Shown: positions 54,538 to 64,000 of the stretch, in pieces
Numbering within the stretch: position 1 is the first letter of the stretch
How the letters are laid out: the number at the start of each line of letters is the position of its first letter
DNA from: Tetramitus jugosus
Taxonomy: Eukaryota; Protista; Heterolobosea
Direction of reading: 5' to 3'
Assembly (NCBI GenBank): GCA_937625935.1
Contig: OW569365.1
Coordinates: 434,001-498,000, forward strand
DNA: 64,000 nt
Program-made: the position numbers and the translations under genes
The notes under the pieces: generated by a model
What the model was told of the DNA's origin: nothing
Database searches by the model: none
Seen by the model: only the letters and a program-made list of their open reading frames with translations

Positions 54538-57500
54538 ATGAGCCATTTGTTCTTGTTTGTATTGAGAGCCTTCATGTTTTCTTTGGTGCTATGCACCACC
54601 ATACCAAGTAAGTATTGTTCATACGACAACCATAAACCTGTAACTCACGAAATTTTCTAGTATTTTGTCGAGCAGGTAGACTCAGAACCGTTGCAGGTAC
54701 CTTTGGGCTTGGCGGTTATTCAGGAGATGGGGGATCGGCACTCAGTGCTCAACTGAATTCTCCATATGGGATAGCGGTTTCAGGCGATGGCGAAGTATAC
54801 ATTGCAGATTCGCATAACAACCGCATTCGAAAGGTGTTGAAGAACGGAAACATAATTACGATCGCTGGAACAGGAACTCCGGGTTTCTCAGGAGATGGAG
54901 AGTCTGCAACTTATGCTCAGCTAATTTCTCCACGAGGAGTTGTTGTTTCAGGTGATGGAGAAGTTTTGTTTGCCGATAATCATCGCATCCGTAAGATCAT
55001 GAAGAATGGAAATATTATGACTCTTGCTGGAAATGGTACTCGTGGATATTCTGGCGATGGAGGACCTGCCTTAAAAGCTCAGCTAGATTTTACATATGGA
55101 GTTGCAGTTTCAAGAAGTGGTGAGGTATACTTTCCTGCTCGAGAGCATCACTGTATTCGAAAAATTTTATTGAACGGGACTATCATCACAATTGCTGGTA
55201 ATGGAACTCAAGGATATTTAGGAGATGGAGGACCTGCTAGAGAGTCTCTGTTATACTCTCCTCACGCTGTTTCAGTTTCAAGGAATGGTGAGGTATACAT
55301 TGCTGATTCGTATAACAACCGCATTCGAAAGATCTTGTTGAACGGGACTATCATCACAATTGCTGGTAATGGAAGAAATGGATATTCAGGAGACGGAGGA
55401 CCCGCTACAAGTGCCCGTATATATGCTCCAGATGGAGTTGCTGTTTCAAGTGCTGGTGAGGTGTACATAGCAGATACTTACAATCACCGCATACGAAAAG
55501 TATTACTGAATGGAACAATCATTACGATTGCAATGAATGGAACTGAGAATAATAATTCAGGTGAGAAGGTTCGACTCGAACATCCTCGTTACATTTGTGT
55601 TTCATTACATGGAGAGGTGTATATTGCTGATTCTAAATATCATCGTGTTACAGCTATCATGGACGATCCATTTTGTTATGGAAAACTATCAACAGATCCA
55701 GAAGTATGCGCAGGAAAGGGAACATGTGTGTCATCTGATATCTGTTTATGCAACTATGGTTATGGAGGATACAATTGTTCTGCTACAATATGTTATGGTT
55801 TCCTTTCAATCGATCCTGGAGTGTGCTCAGATCATGGTGCTTGCGTTTCACCTAATAACTGCTCATGTTTCCCTGGCTTCGGTGCACTCGATTGTTCTGA
55901 TACAACTTGCGATGATATTCTCTCAATTGATGATAGAGTTTGTTCGGGCCATGGTTCATGTATAGCTCCCAATAATTGTTTATGTGACAGCGGCTATGTA
56001 GGGAGTAATTGCTCTACTGTGAATTGCTACGGTATAGAATCTATCCATCCAGACGTATGCTCTGGGAATGGACGGTGTATACGGCCGGAGTTTTGTGAAT
56101 GTCACAGTGGGTATGCTGGTACTAACTGTTCAGATACCGCTTGCTACGGAGAACTTCCCACAAGTTACACAGTTTGTTCAGGTCATGGAGAGTGTATTTC
56201 ATCCAATAATTGTTCTTGTTCTACGGGCTATGATGGTGCTGATTGCTCAATCAAGGTTTGTCATGGTATCCATTCCACAAATCCTGAAGTTTGTTCAGGA
56301 CACGGATCGTGTATATCACCTAATAATTGTTCTTGTGATGATGGTTATGGTACAGATACGTGTTTAGAAGTATCCTGCTATGGTATTCTTCGGACAGATT
56401 ATCAAGTTTGTGCAAATAATGGGACATGTGTAGGTCCTAACAACTGCTCATGTCGAGATGGTTTTGGTTATCATGACTGCTCGATCATATCGTGTCATAG
56501 CATGCTTTCCACAGATCCTGAAGTTTGTTCAGGACACGGATCGTGTATATCACCTAATAATTGTTCATGCCACGTGGGATATGGTCATAAAGATTGCTCT
56601 GCTAGTATATGTTATGGTAAATATTCCACCGAAGAAAAAGTGTGTTCGGGTCATGGGATATGTATTTCCCCAGATAACTGCTCATGCGATAATGGTTATG
56701 GTACAGATACGTGTTCCGATATGCTCTGTTATGGAATTATCTCTAGTAATCGTAGTGTTTGTTCAGGACATGGGAACTGTTCGGAAATTGATTCTTGTTC
56801 TTGTTTCAGTGGTTACACAGAAAAGAACTGCTCTGAAATATCATGTTATGGAAAGATTCACAGCAGCGTTGAAGTTTGTTCAGGTCATGGAAAATGTACA
56901 GGTCCGAATCAGTGTTCATGCTACAGTGGTTATCGTCAATCAGACTGCTCCACATTTACAGAAAGTAACACCAAACTGGTTAAAAGAACTATTATTCCAT
57001 TGAGCATGTTTGCTATATGTTCTCTTGTGGTGATAACAAGCATCATAGTCCTCTTAATATATAAACAGAAATTGAAAAAAAAGAGAGACAATGAATTGCA
57101 GGCCAAGTTATTGGATTATGAAATGCCAGAAATTGATGAGGATGAAAGATCGCAAAAATTGAGTACCATACAGATAGGAATTGACGAATTGACATTCTCT
57201 TCAAAAATTAGTGAAGGAGCAGGGGGAACAGTGTACAAAGGATTGTGGTATAATAGAACTATAGCAATCAAAAGACTGAAGGTTGGTGGAGAAGACTCTT
57301 TCATCAGAGAGGTTTCTGTATTGAATCGCCTGAGACATCCGAATGTTATAGCTCTCTATGGCTACTGTATTGATCATAGTGACAACAAATATATTGTTAC
57401 AGAATTCGTTGATGGTGGAAGTTTAGACTCAGCTTTATACAGTAACAAACTGAAGAAGTTTGAATCAAAGATTTCAGCATTGTTAGATATTGCGCAAGGT

Positions 57501-58067
57501 ATGCATTATCTTCATAGTCGAAATCCTAAAGTGTTACATATGGACATTAAACCTCAGAATGTGCTGGTTCAAGATGATAACACATGCAAACTCTGCGACT
57601 TTGGTGTATCCAAAATTACTGATCATTCACTTACTGTGGGAGTAAGTTACGGAACATGGCAGTATATGTGCCCAGAGTTGCTCTCTCAAAGTGATTATGA
57701 CGAGAAATGTGATGTTTTTAGTTTTGGAATCATGATGCACGAAGTTTTCACACTTGAGAAGCCGTACATGTCTTCCAACATAACGAATCCATTGTCATTT
57801 GCCTTACTAGTTCTACAAGGAAAAAGACCCTTCATTCCGTCGTGTGTATTGACACAACATGACAATGGTAATGAGACACTCATTGCAGAATTCTTTTACA
57901 AGAGCAATGAACTGAAGCATGAGATGTCAGAGAGAGAGATCGGCCAAATAACAATCAAATTCTTCCAATTGTGTGTCGCTTGTTGGTCACAATACTCGGC
58001 AGAAAGACCAAACTTTGACAACATCATTAAATTGTTGAAGGAAATTCGAGCATTTATGAACCAATAA
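54538..58067 (+). CDS. Receptor-like TKL kinase: signal peptide, NHL propeller, 11 EGF repeats, TM helix, kinase; intron 54608-54660
   Basis: ATG at 54538 encodes a signal peptide joined in frame by a 53-nt GTAAGT...TAG intron. YIADS.NNRIRK NHL repeats, CSGHG.C EGF units, GAGGTVY, AIK, HMDIKPQN, DFG, CPE. Confidence 0.9.
55670..56950 (+). repeat. 11 tandem 117-bp EGF-coding units
   Basis: 39-aa period. Near-identical ~59-nt blocks at about 56274 and 56508. Confidence 0.85.
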
Positions 58068-58129
58068 ACTTTGGATCAAATTCTTCAGTTTCCACAACAC
58101 TGACTGACGTGTTACCAGGATTCAATTGA

Positions 58130-59852
58130 TGACAACTATGGAAATTTTGAGTACGTCATCTTCGTGGCTACACTAGCAAGCCCAAAAGATAACTACAAGA
58201 GAATTAAACACAGAGACACAAACTCAATCAAGAATTACCAAACACGAATTGACTCTACTGCTGGTATATGAAGTATCGATTCTGGATAATGGGATGTTCA
58301 ATTATTGCTGCTTATAGAAGCGAGGATCCTAACCTCCAAGTAGGCGCTTGTTTAGCTCGATGTATGACACCAGATCCACCATCTGATGCACCATCTGAAC
58401 CACAAGGTATTATCAATATTTATGGAGTATCGTATAATGGTACTATCCAGAAAGCACTGGAGTTAGATTTTCCAAACGCAGAAGAAAAGGGTAAATTCTC
58501 TATGCACGCACATGTACCAAACAAAAAACTCTATTATTCTCACCGAAAATTCGGAGTGCTATGCAGTATTTGTGGGGTCAATACTCCCATGATCGATATG
58601 TCTGTTTCGCCACTCGCTCAAGACCCGTACAGAGTTATGATTTCGTGTATGACATCTGCAGGATGAGTTGCTGCAAATCCTTCTGTCACAATTTAACAAA
58701 TTCAACCAGGAAATCCAGTGAATGATGTTATGATTACTGTAAAATTCATTGTAAGGAAGCAGGACCAAATTTGTTGCAACAATAGACTTCAAAAAATCAA
58801 TCCAACCAACACATGCAAACAGATATCACCCACTCATATCACGTAACCAGTTTACCTACACTGTACGATAAACTCCATTTAACATTAGCAGACAGCCGCT
58901 ATTTCGAAGGAGTGTTTTATGGCATCCCTTGTGTCTTTTTTGCTACTACCCTCATGAGTAGTAATGTTAAATGGAGTATGTACCCACGAAGTGCAGAAAA
59001 TGATACGTATTGGTACAGGGTATGGGTTCCTTTATCTCACTGGCAGTTCCACGTTAATGGCTACAAGTTGTATCATTTCCATGAGGCTGGAACGTCTGTA
59101 AAGCAAATCAGACTCGTTTTCGTTGATAGACAAAAACAGCGAGATTTTGACTCGGTTATTGCGTATCGTTAACAAAGATACGATCACTGTGAGAGAATTG
59201 AATATGCTTGAAGAAAATGGATACATGTGGTTCGATGGAAACAATTGGAGTTGCCCTGCGTACCCTTCCCACAAAGTGTGGATAAATTTTATTGTTCTTG
59301 GGCAAGTGAGTATTGGCAATGCAGACAAACAGTTTGCAAACGAAACCATCACACTGGATACTCTTGCTAATAACACAGACACTTTCTTTTGGGATAAAGT
59401 GTGTAAATTTTCCCTCAAGCCACCTGAAGCAATTACACATCAGTCCGAATGGTTTTCCATCTATGTTAATTTGAGGACAGGTGCAGAATTGGTAACCACT
59501 CATGGAGACACGCAACGAATAATGTCGGAGGAATTACAGGATAATTTGGAGAAGATGGATATTCAAGTACTAGAAGATCGTATTAAACTGCTGGATCAAC
59601 AGCAGGATCAACAGCAGGCAAACTGAGGGACAAGATACGAGGCGATGTTGCATAAATTGAATCTCAATATCATGGGTCATACAGGAAATTCACAAATGAA
59701 TATGATGCTTCTGATGAGTTCGTCAAATTGTATCGCAAGTTGGAGTCATTGGTACAATGTTTATGTTCAGTCAGTGTTGTTGAAGAAAAACAAGCAATAA
59801 CAGCAGTGAAACAGCTTCTTGAATTAAGGGATAGGTCAATCATGGATGTATA
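58130..59852 (+). pseudogene. Frameshifted relic beginning with a dCMP-deaminase-like domain
   Basis: IMGCSIIAAYRSEDPNLQVGACL...IYGVSYNG is the dCMP deaminase N-terminal motif. HAE is replaced by HAH. Overlapping ORFs 58268, 58813 and 59123 are separated by stops and frameshifts. Confidence 0.6.
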
Positions 59853-60440
59853 AACTACATACAGTTTCCTTCAGACGAAGAATCTGACAATGAACAGAGT
59901 GAAGAAGATGTGAAGAAGATGGTGCAAATGACCAAAGTGACGACGTATCCAGTATTGAATTTGAGTAACAGTAGTCCATTGTACAATACACACATGTCGC
60001 CATCACAGTAAAGTTCTGTCTGGGCTCTCTTCTCCTGTCAATGGAGCATAACGTAGAGTCTCTAGAATCTGGTTCACCATTCATAGACATCAGAGGTTCT
60101 GGTCCACTTGACACTCCACCAAATCCTTGATTGGTTGACCCGAGCATCCTTGTATCCTCGACAACATGTACCAGATTACCTGACAACGGATGACAAGTAC
60201 CTCTGACGAATATCTTAACCTTGGTATCAAAGCATAGCCATATCCATCATAAATTCGAAGCACTTGCAGTGCTGACAATGTGTATTTCCGAAAGCGTTGG
60301 TTTTTCCATTGTTTCTTCGATTCCTCATTGGGGAAATGGTGTTCGAGTTTTGAATCTTCAGAACTTAACAAATCACTGCCTTGCAACCAAACAATAACAT
60401 ATTTCATCAATGGAAGTGCGTCCTTTGATATCTGACTCTT
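59836..60440 (-). pseudogene. Overlapping frameshifted ORFs, unidentified gene relic
   Basis: Two overlapping minus ORFs (60410-60090, 60186-59836) with no recognisable motif. Confidence 0.25.
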
Positions 60441-60613
60441 GTGCTGGCCGTTCCGTCAGGAGTGGTTGACCTGTTGAGCTCGACTGGGATGGAATACAAC
60501 CTATAGAAATTCTAGTTCCACATTACCGGTCCCATTCTTAGTTGTTCATGTTTTCTTCGAAAGAAAAGAGAAGCCCGTGTTACTTGTATTTTCAGCTTTC
60601 ACAAGAGCTCAGA

Positions 60614-60821
60614 GGGAGCGTCCAGATATTATATTCACCTCTGACCCCCTCCCTGCCTGTTTTGAATAAATTTGAATAACACATTTTCCTGTAAATTCGA
60701 ACGTTACGTTAATTCTCCTACTAGGATTGGGATCAAGAGACCCCCTATGAATAAATATTTGAATAAATTTCTCAGACCCCCTCCCTAGGGGGGTCGTAAG
60801 AAATAATATCTGGACGCTCCC
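60614..60821 (+). mobile_element. MITE copy 1 (208 bp, complete)
   Basis: 19-bp TIR GGGAGCGTCCAGATATTAT...ATAATATCTGGACGCTCCC with AGA on both flanks (3-bp TSD). Non-coding. Confidence 0.88.
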
Positions 60822-61116
60822 AGAGGTTTCCCGATAAGGCTAAAAGATGGCAATATGCCAAAGGAACTACCTTGATTCCCTTTTTTCTTCGTGTTCAGAA
60901 CTCTGGTAAACAAGTCGGAGGAGATCTCAAGGAGGTAAAGTTACCACTCTTACCAGAAAGATATTAACCATCCACTTGCACTAGAATAGAATAGCCGAAC
61001 CTAGAATATGTGAGTTAACTGATTCAGTAATACAAATGAAGATAGACAGTCATAATGATCACATGGTTGTACCCCTCGAAAGGGTTATAGGACACTACAA
61101 CAAACCAAAGGACCAT

Positions 61117-61264
61117 GGGAGCGTCCAGATATTATTTCTTATGATCCTGGGGATCAAAGAAATTAATTCAAATATTTATTCATATATCAAATCCCTGGTA
61201 GGAAGATAGGTGAAATGACTGTTCTTTCAAAAGAGGGTAGGAGTGCCAAGGATTAATATAATCC
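61117..61264 (-). mobile_element. MITE copy 2 (inverted, diverged, one end lost)
   Basis: Starts GGGAGCGTCCAGATATTATTTCTTA, the reverse complement of the copy 1 right end. Interior is a degenerate match. Confidence 0.7.
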
Positions 61265-61275
61265 AATTTATGAAA

Positions 61276-61433
61276 GGGAGCGTCCAGATATTATATTCAC
61301 CTCTGACCCCCTCCCTGCCTGTTTTGAATAAATTTGAATAACACATTTTCCTGTAAATTCGAACGTTACGTTAATTCTCCTACTAGGATTGGACTCCCTA
61401 GGGGGCCATAAGAACTAAGATCTGGACGCTCCC
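61276..61433 (+). mobile_element. MITE copy 3 (158 bp, internally deleted)
   Basis: First ~117 nt identical to copy 1. Ends ATCTGGACGCTCCC. AAA on both flanks. Confidence 0.88.
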
Positions 61434-62249
61434 AAATTGTAATATGTACCATGTAACAGTAGTTTGGAACGATACTGTACTGTGTTATGAATGCAAGTAA
61501 CTTCTCCAACCGACATAAACATAAAGAGATTTCGGTACTAACATCATCTGATATCGACACATCACAGACAACTTCAGTCAGTGCAGAGAACAATTTGAAT
61601 TCATAGATGAGTAATTCACCTTCTAAAGTCATCATTCGAATTACAGTCGTTGATCCAGTTCGTGAATGGATTGTACTCACTGAGTCTAAGACTCCAAAAA
61701 TTATATATCATTCTTGACAACTTAATATCACTTATTGATCGTGCCGATCTATTAGAGAAGAAGATACTAAACAGGCAATGTGTGAAGAACAAAATTCAAA
61801 AGAGAATTGATCATGCAGTTGATGAAGTGAAGAGATTAGGAGCAAAGGAGAAAGGAGCATTTCTATAAGCATCTCGATAAGACAGACACAATCTGTGTCA
61901 GTACTGCAGATAGAGTACATATCAGCTATTGCCAAATGATTTTGAAGATTATTCAAAATAGTGAGAAAGAAGGTACTGATAGTGATGGTGACAACCAGCA
62001 ATGGCCGTTGATTCATTGAGAAGTAGAATTGGAGGAATCATCTTACTTAGATTATTATTGAGCACCTCGAATTATCTAGAATTGATATCATTGATCCACG
62101 CTCCACAGCTTTGTTCAGACACCATTTGGTATTGCTCAACAGAAGAAGAATGACTGGTGTAAGAACAGATGGCATATTATAAGAGCAGAAAACCCCTCGA
62201 AAGCAAGAGATGATGTTGCAGCATACATTTTATCAACCCGATAAAAGGT

Positions 62250-62346
62250 CTCCCATACCGGGACTCGAACCCGGGTCTTCCGGGAACTTTTGCATTTCAG
62301 CTTGGAAGTGAAAGCCGGATATCCTAACCAGCTAGACTATATGGGA
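62250..62346 (-). tRNA. tRNA-Glu(TTC) with a 24-nt intron (62308-62285)
   Basis: Acceptor stem TCCCATA/TATGGGA, D arm TAGTCTAGCTGGTTAGGAT, anticodon arm TCCGG-CT-TTC-A^C-CCGGA, T arm CCGGG-TTCGAGT-CCCGG, downstream TTTT terminator. Confidence 0.95.
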
Positions 62347-64000
62347 AGATATTACTTTCATATTTGGGTAAATAAATACGAAAAAACGTCGGAGTAAAAC
62401 GCGAAACACATGTCAAAACAAGGACCGTCAGCTCAGGCGGTATTGATCCGCAGAAGTGTGGGAATTCATTCAGTGGTTTAACTGCACAAAAGTGTTGAAG
62501 GATTCCACGAGGGAGATTAATGGTAGGATGAGAGCCGTCGTCATTACTGGGGCTGGAAAAGTAAGAAAGGAGGAAATTGAGACCTGGGCTGGTCGGGATA
62601 ATGTACATAGGTCCAAGGACCCCTGAACGAATCTATGGGAACCTTCGACTCCATCTACGATTTTCAGTGCAAAGCAATCAAGAAACTAGATTAATATACA
62701 GTAAATCAAAGGGAGAGGGCAGAAACAATCAGCTTTTTTATTTCACTTTTTTCTTGGAATGGCAATTTTGAGTTTTTTCAGGTCGAGTTATTGATAATGA
62801 CCTTGTTTTGTCTTGACAGAGGTTCTGTGATGAAGATGACAAGGAAGGCTTTTATGTTTTGACAATTTTTGACAAAGACAAGACCAAAACACCACTACCT
62901 AGCTCTGTTTGATTTGACAAAGGCTTTCCCTTCTTCAACAACAAGACACCTCTGTAGGTTCACGTCCAATCCTTTCGTTTAGCAGATTTACATCCAATCC
63001 TTTCGTTCAAAGGTCAATCAACACTATTTCTCGAATCTCGAAACAAACATCACAATCAATCATTTATCATATCATGTCAACTACGGCAGTAATAGTAATT
63101 ACACCTGTACTTCGTTCTATTGCTCCCTCCAAGTGCGATCCTGACAGTCTGTTAATTCTTCTGAGAATCAATTAGTTGGGGAAGAAAACTATCAGTGCGT
63201 GAAAAATTGTGATACAATATTAAAGTTCCTCGCACTTGGCCTTCCATCCTTTGATCTCAGTATTCTTGTTCTACGACGTTCCAAAGTTTAATTGAACAAA
63301 TATCACAGATATCAGTTAGATACATTCAATGCAAACTAAATGAGGTAGCATCGAAAAATTCTTAATTAGTAATGTTTAATTGAAATTACTAAGAGATTAC
63401 AAACAATGTTTGATTCCGAAGCATGGTACCACACAAAGGAAGACACAATCCACATTATATTCATTCCAAGGAAGCATGTAATCAAATTTGAAAAAGATGA
63501 TCCGAATTTTTTAAATTCACATTCACAGAACAACTGAACTTGATTTTTAACAGAAGCGAACAAAGAGAAGTGGTCCTCATCTTGTCAGTAATTAATGGTA
63601 GAGATTGTGCATTGTGCAGTATCATGTTATTAGAGATAACGTATGGCAAATTGAGTATTCTGACAGAAGTACAGAAAATTGGTGTTGATTTTGTGACAGA
63701 AATGCATGAATAATCTTTCTTGCTAATTGTATTCAAAAAAGCTCCCGCTTTATGACGTGTAATATCCCTCGGATCTTACTGAAAAACTCCCTCTTGGGCC
63801 GTACATAAGCACTCACTGAGAACCTTTCGGAAGAGGACCGAATAGTATTCGTGATGAGATGCATGCGAACATGTTCTTTTTCAGTTGATTCAAACAAACC
63901 ATCGACTCCCTGCGGCATCTTATTACATGTAAACATGATCTTTGAAATTAATTCGCTTTTGTTCTTGCCCGATTTTTTCAGTCCATGCCTCTCCAGAACA

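Noticed and set aside
60614-61433. CRISPR-like array from repeated GGGAGCGTCCAGAT
   Set aside because: Copies occur in inverted pairs with TSDs and irregular spacing, which fits transposon ends. No cas genes.

Overview
Gene-dense, intron-poor eukaryotic nuclear DNA. Introns are short GT-AG with CTAAC/CTGAC branch points, and many proteins have poly-Asn/Gln tracts. The gene content (RGS-START proteins, ankyrin receptor cyclase, NHL-EGF receptor kinase, axonemal CFAP52/CFAP58) suggests a Naegleria-like heterolobosean amoeboflagellate; this is inference. Bases 1-58 kb hold about 29 genes. Housekeeping: UAP56/SUB2, two mitochondrial carriers, CDC45, ERGIC3, SF3A2, DCP2, DCN1, REX4-like, DPM1, PSTK. 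Centriole/flagellum: CEP350-like, CFAP58, PCM1-like, CFAP52. Signalling: HRI-like eIF2-alpha kinase, AGC kinase, two RGS-START proteins, a pseudo-cyclase, SH3-RhoGEF, a secreted LRR protein and a non-RD receptor kinase. Bases 58-64 kb are decayed: frameshifted gene relics, three copies of a new MITE and an intron-containing tRNA-Glu(TTC). Best leads: (1) a FANCA-like ORF missed by the ORF track, a PCM1-like protein and an HRI-like kinase, all usually regarded as animal or opisthokont proteins; (2) centriole/flagellar genes sharing E2F-type upstream sites; (3) a nitrilase-WD40 fusion; (4) three apparent pseudoenzymes; (5) an ependymin-like gene split by one in-frame TAA; (6) perfect hairpins, including a 22-bp stem of pre-miRNA size and one just after a UGA-C stop. 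All homology calls are by eye from remembered motifs; no searches were run.
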